Assembly: GCA_001687465.1 (NCBI GenBank)
Contig: LVLI01000150.1
Coordinates: 62,001 to 119,307, forward strand
Length of the DNA: 57,307 nucleotides
Source: Halocafeteria seosinensis
Taxonomy: Eukaryota
Reading direction: 5' to 3'
Shown: piece by piece, positions 34,310-45,257 of the stretch
How positions within the stretch are numbered: position 1 is the first letter of the stretch
Layout of the letters: every line of letters starts with the position of its first letter
Position numbers and translations under genes: made by a program
The notes under the pieces: model-generated
What the model saw: the letters and a program-made list of their open reading frames with translations, nothing else
Database searches by the model: none
What the model was told of the DNA's origin: nothing

Positions 34310-35987
34310 ATGAAGACTTCGTGGGATCTGGACGATATTTTTGCGTTCAAGACTCCCCGCTATGTACGAATACGGGACAAGCGACTGGGGTTGATGAACC
34401 TGGCCTTCATGGTCGGGATTTTCGGGTATATTGTGGGGTATTTGGTAATATCGCAACAGGGTTATAAGCAACGAGGAGATGTGATTGGGGTGACTCGACT
34501 GCAACTGCGTGCACCAGGACCGGACATAATGCCTGAATTGGATGAGATGGAATACTGTGGAAATGGCACATATAAAGCGGACGTCCCGGATAGCATTGAA
34601 TTTGCTAAAGCGCCCTGTCAATTCTTGGACCAGTTTGATGCACAATACCCGAGAAAACAAGCCAACGCTATCTTCTTGTCTACGAGGATTACGTACCAGG
34701 CATCTCAGCGTAATAGAAGTGAGATCTGTGCGAACATGTCCTTGGCAAGTTGCGCTTACAAAGAGTTTGCCCACCAAGACTTCTATGTAGCAGGTACGTG
34801 GCGCTTCGGCGTCTAATGGACGAACACATGGGGAAAGCAGCTCACCATAATCAACGTCCCGTGGGCATCCACAGATCCCGAATTTTATACACTCTTCATC
34901 GACCATAGCATGTCGGTGCCTTCGCTGGATGTTTCGAAATCGGCCATTCAGCTTGGGGGGAGGCTGTTGGTGCGTACTCTTATTGTTTTACAAGAGTTCA
35001 TTTGATAACTGAAATTACATGAGGCAACGTATTCAGGGAACCGACGGGAAGCGTTTAGACCCCTGCAAACCGTATACTGAGGCTAACCGACCTTGTCCAT
35101 CATTCATCAATCTAGGTCAGTCGGGAGCCAAAGATATTGTTCCTATTGCAGCATTGCTGGAAGCCGGCGGTGTCAACAGCCTAGATGATGTAGCCGGGAC
35201 GACGGAAGATTTGGTCGGAGAAACTAAGAGGTTTGCCGGGCTTATCCTTCTTGTCCAGATTGACTATGATAACTATTACACTTATAATCCGGAAAACATA
35301 AGGTAGGGGTCCACCCGTATTCGGCACTATCTGAGGACTTCAAAGAGAAGTACACCGCTCTCTTGTTACTGCAGGTATACTTATACGGTAACGCAGGTAT
35401 CTAATCAAGAATTCAAAATTGAACAGCTCGTGAACAACCAAAATGATGCGCACGAATCACGACTAATATACGATCGACATGGAGTACAAATCGTAATGCT
35501 ACAGACAGGATCAATAGGAAGTTTCAGCTTTGCGCAGTTGCTAATTGTTCTGGTCACTTCGCTTGGTCTACTGGCTGTGGCTCAAAGTTTAGTTAACACT
35601 CTTGCATTTAATATAATGCCTATGAAATGGGTCTATCGGCAGTATCAGACGGTGAACTCAGTTGATTTTTCGGATATAGAAGGTCTGCCTAAGTCCCAGC
35701 TTAACAGATTCAAAACAGAGGATTTGCTGAATCCTCATCCGAGGATATTTTCAGACGCTCGGCAAGGAGGAGAAATCTTGGCAGGAGGGACAGGACCGCC
35801 AGCCTACACGGTCAACAAACATGGGCAAACAGAGAGTGGAGAGGACCTTCCAGACTGGAGTGAGACCACGCGCGCAAAGAACGGACCGATCCAGAGAGAA
35901 AGACGCAATCCTGTCAGTCAGTACGGGAACGATACCGATGCTCGCCGAGTTGAACTTACCGAGGGAAGCGTGGTGTCGGGTATTTGA
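34310..35987 (+). CDS. P2X-family ion channel, copy 3; 4 exons
   Basis: FAFKTPRYVRIRDKRLG, YDRHGVQIV..QTGSIGSFSF, TM2 LLIVLVTSLGLLAV. Confidence 0.9.
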
Positions 35988-36358
35988 AACATTAGTCGTA
36001 CAACACCCGTTTACAGCCGGGTATCTCAGCGCCAGAGTCGTAAGGGTGGTTCCCGCTCAGTCGCGAATTACAAATTGTGAGACATCTTGAAGCAACTTCC
36101 TACTGGTAGCTGATCGTTCATAGCGCTACGATGTCTACTTTCAAAATCTGTTCCCACAACTCACAATATACAGCAGTCTGTGCATTTGACATGGACACGG
36201 GTGTGGCCTCGTCCTTGTCAGGGGACTCCTTGAACCTTGTTGTGAACTTCGCACTCTAGACGTATGTATACATTATGAGCCTCATATACGAGCTGGTTGT
36301 TGATCTGATGGTGTCAATTGCGCAAGGATGCGTCGTGCTGTAAACTTACCGAATCATA

Positions 36359-38524
36359 ATGCGTCCCTCTGTGCAGCAGTACGCTCGGAAAGTCTCCCGT
36401 CCTGACCGAGACCGATACGAATGGATTGGAGACGCCTTACTCGGCGAGACACTATGCCGCGTCGTGCTCATCTTGAGGAGATATCTGCCGATCTACGGCG
36501 TGGATTCGTTGATAACACCGTATCAACGTCTACAGGACTTCATTTCGGAAGCAATGACGAACAAGAACTTGAGTGAAGCACTGAGATGGGTAATGCAACA
36601 GGAAGAAAAACCAGTAGTGGGAAATGAAGACAAATTATCCATGAATAGTGTGCTGAATCGTGGAAAACCCTCTTCGAAATGGGTTCAAGAATTGAAAACA
36701 AGAGAATTACCTCCGTTGGCGACTATAGTCCCTGACACAGTTGTGGATTCCCAGTCGAAGTCCACGATAAAGGCTGCTGGGGATCTTCTGGAATCGTATG
36801 TTGGTTGGCTCATGACCATGCCCACCAAACGCAGGAGGAAATCCAGCATACCAACGCTTAGTGAAAGACTACACACAATCGATTTGATTTTGGCTGCTAT
36901 CATTCAGGCCCAACTGATGTCAGTGTATGCCGAAGACGACGAGGTATCAGGTAACTACTTTGGTTACGATGGGGCCATGCGAAATGACTCTCAGAGGAAT
37001 CAATTTGATGTGCTAGAAATGGGTTCGAGTTCTGGCTCAGAGAGTGAAACAGAGCAGAAAGAAGAAGCATCTTCTGATAGTTCCAGCAATGACTCGAGCT
37101 CATCGTTCATTGCACTAGAACCTGACACAAAGGAGACTGTGAGATTAAGTATCTCAGTGCGTGCTTCCGATACTCGCAAACAGCTCGTTGAGTTGCTTAC
37201 TCAGATTGACAGGGAATCTTCGACCATCGGCACCATCTACTACTACGTGGGAAGGCAAGTTCTGAGGTGTAGGGTCTCATGCGCCGTCTGGCTATCGTAT
37301 TATCAAAACCCCCCCTCGGTATTGACTAGAAAGCGTCAGAGAACGAGTGTCGGTACCGTAGCAAAAGAAAGTGTACGGCGACTAAGTAACGAAGCCAGAG
37401 AGTACTCACTTTCTCTGAATACGGAAATCCGAGGTGCCGACCTCTATTTGCAAAGTCTAGGTGCGGCACTGGTGGCTGTCCTTGATGGATCCGCGGATTC
37501 TCTAGGTGATTCGAACATTTTGGGCTACTTGCTCGCGCATGCGGATTCTAAGCCGCTCAACTGCTATGATGTTAAACCATTGTCACCTTGTTTTGCGATG
37601 CATAAACAAGTTGATGGAAACGTTTTTTCTCTGTCTTCCCTTGACAGACTCTCAACTACGCTACCGTTGCTATATGATACGATCGTGAAGCCGTTTGAAA
37701 ACGCAATTTGTGGAGAGGAACGCTACCAGCGAGAACTACAGAGGAAGGCACAGCGAACCCCACTAAAACTATCCGAATTTGAGAGACATATCCAGCGCCT
37801 GACACAAGAGTTGCCGTTTCGACGTTTGGATAACTCACACAAGTCTCTCATTAAGTCTTCAATTGAAAGATACCCAGCTTATGTTTTCGCCCTGGAATCT
37901 ATTTGCTCCGGCTTACGGTCTGGGAAACGTATGGAGGAATACATGGATGCAGTGAATGATGAAGAACCGTCTCCATGTTCTGATGAGTCTTCTGACTATC
38001 TCTTAGGCTGCTTTCCGTTCGTATCTTTTGAGAAGATTCTATGTTTGGAACAAGAGGGAGAAGAACTGTGGAGTAACTTGCAAGTTCGCGGGTTGAGCAG
38101 CTATCGAGCTTACGTTGATTGTTCAACAGAACGTGATAGCATGGTATACTCGCAAAACGCCTTTGTTCCCGGTCTTGAAACTCGCGCTTTCTCCGCTCTC
38201 CGGGAAACGATGAAGGAAGTAAGTACTTCCGAAAGAAGCAAACTGCTGGAGAAGTTCGGCGAACGTCAAGAAGTTTCTGCACAAGCTTGCGCTGTTTTCT
38301 TCGATATGGGAATCCACCGGAAGCTTGCCCATGCAATTTCAGACTATTATGGACTTAAATCTTCAAGCCTCACTATTCCTAGTACCGGGGAAGAAGAGGC
38401 CATCGAAGATGCGGTCGTAATTTCGGCTGTTTACCATCCTGACAGTTTCGATGGTTCCTCTGATGAAGGAGAAAATATCCATCGTTTATACTTTAAGGTT
38501 ACTCAAAGCGAGGAGAAATCTTGA
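36359..38524 (+). CDS. RNase III-domain protein with a probable second degenerate RNase III domain and a C-terminal R3H-like domain; intronless
   Basis: DRYEWIGDALL and GDLLESYVG match the RNase III signatures; C-terminal HRKLAHAISDYYGLKSSS matches the R3H pattern. Confidence 0.75.
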   Translation: MRPSVQQYARKVSRPDRDRYEWIGDALLGETLCRVVLILRRYLPIYGVDSLITPYQRLQDFISEAMTNKNLSEALRWVMQQEEKPVVGNEDKLSMNSVLNRGKPSSKWVQELKTRELPPLATIVPDTVVDSQSKSTIKAAGDLLESYVGWLMTMPTKRRRKSSIPTLSERLHTIDLILAAIIQAQLMSVYAEDDEVSGNYFGYDGAMRNDSQRNQFDVLEMGSSSGSESETEQKEEASSDSSSNDSSSSFIALEPDTKETVRLSISVRASDTRKQLVELLTQIDRESSTIGTIYYYVGRQVLRCRVSCAVWLSYYQNPPSVLTRKRQRTSVGTVAKESVRRLSNEAREYSLSLNTEIRGADLYLQSLGAALVAVLDGSADSLGDSNILGYLLAHADSKPLNCYDVKPLSPCFAMHKQVDGNVFSLSSLDRLSTTLPLLYDTIVKPFENAICGEERYQRELQRKAQRTPLKLSEFERHIQRLTQELPFRRLDNSHKSLIKSSIERYPAYVFALESICSGLRSGKRMEEYMDAVNDEEPSPCSDESSDYLLGCFPFVSFEKILCLEQEGEELWSNLQVRGLSSYRAYVDCSTERDSMVYSQNAFVPGLETRAFSALRETMKEVSTSERSKLLEKFGERQEVSAQACAVFFDMGIHRKLAHAISDYYGLKSSSLTIPSTGEEEAIEDAVVISAVYHPDSFDGSSDEGENIHRLYFKVTQSEEKS

Positions 38525-39764
38525 ATAGGGATGCTTGCGATTCAGCTAAGCATTGTATTGGATGCACTTAGTCTGCCAATGTCGTATATGCTGCGTGCAC
38601 GCTGGTATCTGTGGTATCTCTATAGGCCTCACGGACCTTGATCACTAAACTAGTTACTTGTCGCTGCATCGATGAGAGGTGACAGACAAGACTTGCGAGC
38701 GAAAACAAGTGAACACAGCGGGTATTTGCTCTCTAATCGAATCAATGCTCTACGGGAGGACTTTCAACTTCTGGCGATGAGGACGCTAGCGAGTGGCTAT
38801 CCATTAGTGAAACCACTCAATAAAGCGGAAGCACAGTTGGAACCAATTGACTTCCTCGCAGAGAATCCGTCGTCAGAAAACCTCTGAGGCAATTGAGGTT
38901 CCTTTTGAAAGGAACGGTACAATGCAGTGCATGCTCTTACATAGACATGAAGAACCGACTCAGATTCTACTGCTGTTGTTTTGTTAGTTGTGCATCAGCG
39001 TCTCGTTGTACCCGCGGGTCTAGGCACAGTTGCTCAAACCTATACAATCCTTTGGAAATCGATTAAATATGACAATATACATGAACCTAATGACTGATTT
39101 GGAATTTTCGAACAGAACTCTTTGATTCCACTTCCAGTCACAGATACGAGATACCGCTTGGCGTTTCGTCACGAATCGTCAGTTCTTGCTAAGACGTCAA
39201 TCTTTACTTGGGGTAGATCCGACTCCTATTGCAAGCCATCCACAGGCTCACAAGTGTGCTTTGACGGGTTGACTGTGTGCGAGCCACAAGGTACGATAAC
39301 TATTCATGAGCTTGCGTTTATCCTTCTGGACATCATGTTAATTGGTCTGAACAAACAACGTAGTTCACGGGCAGAGATGCCCAGGGGCAGCTCCATGGAC
39401 CGAAACGACAAAAAGAGACAGGGTCCGCCGAGCAGGGTGCTCTAGGGGGAGACCTTGGAGTCTTGGTCTTGGTTAATGCTTGGAGGGTTGGGGCTCGGTT
39501 TATTGCTTGCTGTTGAGGCTGTATAGGGGTAATCTAAAGCATAAACCCGTACAAGGGAATGAATTGGTATCCGCTGACGTCTGCCTATCGCTGGGCTCAT
39601 CAATGGTGGCCCAAGTGGACTGTAAAGCCTGTGTAGTTGCGCTTCCATCACACTAGTGTATAATTAATTGATTGTATGTATGCCATTTGATGCAGGGTTT
39701 GAAATATCAGGACTGAAGAATTGTTAGCTTCTCTCAGCACTCGAATACGAAAACCTAAGCTACA

Positions 39765-40411
39765 ATGGGACGTATGCACTCGAATGGGTAAGTCTAAATG
39801 GTCTGCTTGTGAAGAATGCTGTACTTGTCTCTGCTTTGAGATGTTACCTCTGGACAAACGACTGTAGTAGCGCCATCTGCTACGCGTTATGTCTGTGTTT
39901 CTTTCTTCCTAGCAAGAGTACAACAGAAGATTCGGGTTTAATTGCACGTTTCTCTCTAATGTACTAATGGCACTGCAGAAAGGGTATCGCGCAGTCGGCG
40001 CTCCCTTACAAGAGAACGCCACCGAGCTGGCTGAAGATCACCACTGAAGAAGTCGAGGACCAAGTATGCAAACTTGCTAGAAAGGGTTTGACGCCTTCCC
40101 AGATTGGTGTCATTCTTCGTGATTCCCACGGAATCGGACAAGTGAAGTCAATCACCGGTAACAAAGTGCTCCGTGTATTGAAGAAACACGGACTTGCCCC
40201 TGAATTGCCGGAGGATCTATACTTCTTGATTAAGAAGGCAGTGAACGTGCGGAAGCATTTGGAAAGGAACCGCAAAGATAAGGACTCTAAGTTCCGTTTG
40301 ATTCTCATCGAAAGCAGAATCCACAGATTCGCCAGATATTACAAGCGAACCCGTCAGTTGCCGCCTAACTGGAAATACGATGCCTCTACTGCATCCACTC
40401 TTGTGGCTTAA
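39765..40411 (+). CDS. RPS13: 40S ribosomal protein S13 (uS15); one intron 39788-39978
   Basis: [20 protein letters not shown]..., [44 protein letters not shown]. Confidence 0.98.
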
Positions 40412-40755
40412 ATTGTTTATTTGTTAGTGTATAAAACACTTGCTATTATAAGCTTCACTGTTGGATATTGTTGTGGAAGCCAGTAAATATACCCGTCGCA
40501 CATCGAATTTGTCCAGAGCCCTCGTATATTCTTACGAATTTCGTTTATGCTTAAGTCTATCAGGAACACGTTCACGAACTCATTGAGTAGGTTTCTTTGA
40601 TCGACGGGTCAATCCCATAGCGAACAACATAGTAATTACAATGAGGGCTCTCCTTTCAACAGCAAGTTCGTACAACAACACAACTATTGTGCCCTGTAGT
40701 AAGGGGAAAGGAGATATACTTGCATGTTTTATGTAAAATAAAAAATAATTACGGT

Positions 40756-41504
40756 TTAGACGTACCAATGAGGGACTGTTGCCCCGCGACCTCTTCCCAC
40801 ACCGCTTTGCTGCTGTTGCTGTCCTTGCGATGGCGGTTGATGTTGGGAAGGAGGCTGCTGTTGCTGTTGTTGCATATAACTCTGCTGTGGAGGCAAGGGC
40901 TGTTGGAAGGAGCCATAGCCGCCACCATAACTCGTTGCGCTTTGCTGTTGTCCGTATCCTCCTCCGCCTGTGGCCGAAGGTGCCGGTGGAGCCCGTCCAG
41001 GTGGTCCTCTGCCTTGGGGAGGTAGTGCCCCCCGTCCTCGTCCACGCATATTTCGTGCAGCCTCCACAGTCCTCTTTTGTACTGCATTACCAAGGGCGAA
41101 CAGATAGCATAGACCCCCTCGGTGAACTTAAGCAATCATCCCTTCACACACGTACCTTTGGCAGCAATAGCCTGTTGTCTTCCTCTGCCCAATCCTCCAG
41201 CCACCACTACACCTTTCTTCCGTAGTTCCACTCGCTTGAACATAGGTGAATACCTTAATATATCCGGGAAAATTACGTAGCGTATCATGCTCCCTCTTAG
41301 ACACACTTGTGCCATATGATATTGCCGTCCCTGGTCATCTGTGGCTAGCACTTGCACTAATTTCATATTGAAATTGTCCTTGGTTACGTCACAATATCCA
41401 CGATATGTCCATCCTGCTCGTGTTTCTACAGTTAATATTAAGCCTTCCCCTTCGTGCAATAGCACGATAGGGATCCCAATCATACGTTGGCCAGTTACAG
41501 CCAT
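40756..41504 (-). CDS. SNRPD3: Sm D3-like snRNP protein with long RG/Gln/Pro-rich tail; one intron ~41083-41155
   Basis: IGIPIVLLHEGEG..TVET..G..YRG, LRGSMIRYVIFPDILR.SPMF, then RGRGRG repeats. Confidence 0.8.
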
Positions 41505-42230
41505 CTTGAAAAGTATATATATAGATATCTATCTTGCCGTCAAATTTGGTATCTATACATCAAAGTTGGCTCCAAAGGCTTTACGAGGTGTCCTATTGAC
41601 AATACAGAGACTACCGCAGGCTTATGCGAACAAAAATTTGTGGCGATGATCAAACCAAACAGCACACTCTAAAGTGTGAATACAGAATGTGCGTACCGTG
41701 TCTTGCCAAGTTGCGGAATAGGATCCTCTATTGCACGTGTCACACGACGTATACCATACAAAGTGTCAATTATTTGAAACCAGTACATCCATTGAAGGAC
41801 GAGAACTCGTTTGCAACGTGTTTACATTCAAGATAAGAAGTGGGTGGTTCGTGACACTCCTGAACCTGCACAATTCCTGTCCACTCTTTGAAGTGAATAC
41901 TGCGGTGCGTATTCTATCTAGCTTTCTTGCCAAAGTTAACTCCCCTTACCTATTTACCTACCGTGTAGACCATCTGAATGACAGGATACGCGTTTGAGTA
42001 GCGAAAGCAGTCAGCGTAGCCATTCAACTTGACTACAGCAATGACTGAGTCTCGATGAGAGGAATACCTTCGTGTAGAATATTCTCCAATGGGTGTACGC
42101 CGTTCGACAAACCGTTAATTCTAGGTATACTAGATCACTGAGGGTTTGTTCCTTAGTCCTGCTTCTCGTAACAATACAGCGTCGCAAAACTACGATCCAA
42201 CGATGACACGGGACTCCCGCGCTGTAACCG

Positions 42231-44246
42231 TTAACTAACTCCATTCACTTCCTTGCTTTGGGACAAGCAGTATTCATTTACCACCGCGTTGCCAGTGAGA
42301 ATGAACCCAGATGATCCATCGAGGAGCATTTCAGGATGTGTCCGTTGATCCAGTACTTGGTATTTTCGGGTCCATGGTTGGAGAATAGACAGATTGGTTG
42401 CCATCCTCAATTTTTGTAGAGTTCCGTAGCACTCCTGTAGTGGGTATAGTTCTGTATTGTACACTACAAAGGGTCGAGAGGGTTTCAAAAAGCGGAAGCT
42501 CCCGAGTAGAGTTTGCAGAGGATTGAAATCGGAGACGATAACGAGACTGTCCAGGCCCTCTTTCAGATAACCCCTCACGTGATCTCGGCTGGGCCGCTGC
42601 TGACGCTTGGCTACACGTTGCCAATAGAGGACCGCTCGCTGCCGAGAGTTCAAGTTCGACAGGGATCTGCGCCGATCTAGCCGAATCAGTGGCCCAATAG
42701 TGCTTGCTTTCGGCTTGAGAGGAGGCATGATCTTAGGATTAATCCCCAGTTGTTGCGCTACAGGGTGGTAGTTATCAGCTAGAGCACTCACTACGATACC
42801 AGGCGTGCCATAAAAATACTTTCCACACTTTTCGTCGTTCTCATCCAAGGCCTTATCCTTTTCAAACGCGTACTCCTTGTGCTCGTCAGCAACCACGCGA
42901 TACGCGTATTCCTCCGCCTCGTCAACGCTGGTCAGGGGAGCAGCAAAGTCCCATATTAGTTCTCCATTGAAATCAAAGTGAGACGTTGTCTTCGTAGAAT
43001 CGTTCCCCTCTTGTTGGGCTGCAGAGTCCGTAGACTGACCACTCTCGCCCTTTTCCCCTTGTTCTTCATTTCCTTCCGGGAACAATGTGGAGACAGGTAC
43101 GGCTACCAAAAATTGATAAAGATCTTCACAGATCCCATCATCTTCTCGCAAAGCGCTCTGCTGATGTGGAAGCAGTGTAGAGGAGTATTCCAGCTTTTGC
43201 CGCTTAGTTGAATCAACTAGAGATGATCGCATGAATCTCTGCTCGAGATTGAATCGGTTGATCAACTGTTGAGGTATGCCTCCTTTCATATACGGCGCTA
43301 TCAGTTTTCCTCTACAGCCCATTCGTTCACTCACAGCACCAATCGCCAGGCCAGTAGTATCTACTACACACACTGTCGAGCCTGCAGTTGCGTTGGAATG
43401 GCTAACAATTTGGGCCAGCGAATCATTGCGCAGGTTTCTGCAGTAAACCAAGTACAGCATAAATGGTACACCATTCGAAACAATGCACAACTTACAGAGT
43501 CCTGGAATTTCCTTTAGATTGTACAACTTGTAGGATTGAACGCGACGTCGCTTTCTCTACCCTGAATCTCCTTGTGTACTTCTTAATCTTTTCACGCAAC
43601 CACTTTTCTCGGGAGTAAACTGTTTTCTGGCGAAACGTAGAGCTCCCGTCTTTTAGAGCACGAACGATTGCTTCAGGTTTCGCCCCTTGCTCTCTGAGGT
43701 CCATGATTTTTTCCTGTGTGACTGTTTGAGAATCATTAGTGTCGAGCAATTCTCGGTTGTCGACGCCTTCTGTGTCACTTTCCAACTCTGTGAAGCAAAG
43801 CGACAGGTTGGTAAATTTCTCTTCCATACACGCTCAAGAGATTCATTCCTTCGTATCTCACCTTCATTCGAAATATCAGGCAACAATGGTTCATCGACCT
43901 GTACAGGTGTCGTAGCGGATGGCGTCTGTAATTCAAACACAGCGCCATACGGAGCTCCCACGATAGGTGCCAAGTTAATTTTCGTTTTAAAGAGCCGAAT
44001 TTGTCTGTACACCAGGATACCACAGGCCCTAAAATGCATCCAACAAGACAAACTTAATATCCGGACAAAGCGAACTTACTCGCCCCGTGTGGCAGGAGCA
44101 AAACACAGAAACCCGTGGCTCGTTTCGAGGACCACTTGCTCATCAGGCTGCACCCTCTCTTCCCAGGGAGTAGCGACACCTCCTGAAGGCGCTGCCCCTC
44201 CTTCCGAGGGGACCGCAGAAGACGCGGATGAGTTATCGGACGACAT
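42231..44246 (-). CDS. TRMT6: tRNA m1A58 methyltransferase non-catalytic subunit (Gcd10/TRM6); multi-exon
   Basis: VGAPYG..FE, DNREL.D.NDSQ, SSTF.QKT.YS.EKW..KIKKY, LRNDSLAQI, LKPSRPFVVY, RKYQVL..RTHPEM. Confidence 0.92.
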
Positions 44247-45257
44247 AGTGACTTCCTGTCTCGCCTTGATAACAAGACATGCAAACACAAGGGTCTGTTG
44301 TGACAAGGATCGATTCCGCCGCAAGAGGGCAGTAGTCCGGCGGAATTTTTGATACCAGAACAGTTGTCATATGTGTGTATTGATATTGCTCCTACCATTG
44401 TCGTATGCAGATGGTTCGCTTTACCAACAAAGCTCTAATAAGCAGTTCCCAAGTTATAACCGCTCTACAACAGGTTCGACTGAGTTGTTGTAGGCGACGC
44501 AGTCACAACATTGGAAGTTCTAAACCCGCCGTAACCCCGCAATACACTTGATCACCGACGTCGCTGCCATGAACTCCAGATACAGAAGCAAAAATTTGAA
44601 GGACACCATTGACTACATTGTAAATGCTCTCAATACACTCTCTGATGTAGCTACAATGTAGGGCACGTAACGTGTTGTACGGGTATGTACTTCAAACCGG
44701 GTTACGGTTACAGGACGCGCAACCAACATGATTGATTCCTTGTTAACAATGAAAGACGGGGGAAAGAACCACAGGATAGCTACCCATTCTGCGGACGGTT
44801 CATGAAGCTTCCCCGACTACTCCGTTACGTAGTATGCCCTATTACCAGCTTAGGAGGGTCGTTGTCATCCACAGTATCAATCATACAGTGTAGAAGAAGG
44901 GGTTCAGCAGGAACTGTTATCCAAACGTCCTTTGGTTTGGCGCATCGACCAAAGTGAATAGGACGATTAGAAGGAGGCAACGTTTTTCTGCAGCATTCGT
45001 GGCGTTAGTCGAAACAATTGACCAATAGTTTCTCAGGGGCCTGCGTAAGGTTGTACCAGTTGTAGGCTACTTGTAGCAAGAATTAGGAAGGGCAATAGTG
45101 ATCCAAACAATCAAAAGTTGGACTTCTTCGATGAGGTACTCTTTCACCATCGATTGAGTTGTTCCAGTATTATGGATAGTTAAACCCATTCTCGCCAACT
45201 TTTTCATGAGATGACATCGTAATACCTTGTGTGCAACAACTGTAGAATGTGAGAAAC

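Noticed and set aside
41750..42030. Possible small spliced minus-strand gene between the SmD3-like gene and TRM6
   Set aside because: A ~53-aa model can be built but has no recognisable similarity or other support
43687..44352. 221-aa plus-strand ORF, and the many other antisense ORFs within KRI1, the BK-like gene and SLX4
   Set aside because: Shadow ORFs opposite well-supported genes, with low-complexity translations
44400..44500. GGTTCG motifs as possible tRNA T-loops
   Set aside because: I could not build a cloverleaf or find an A-box or acceptor stem
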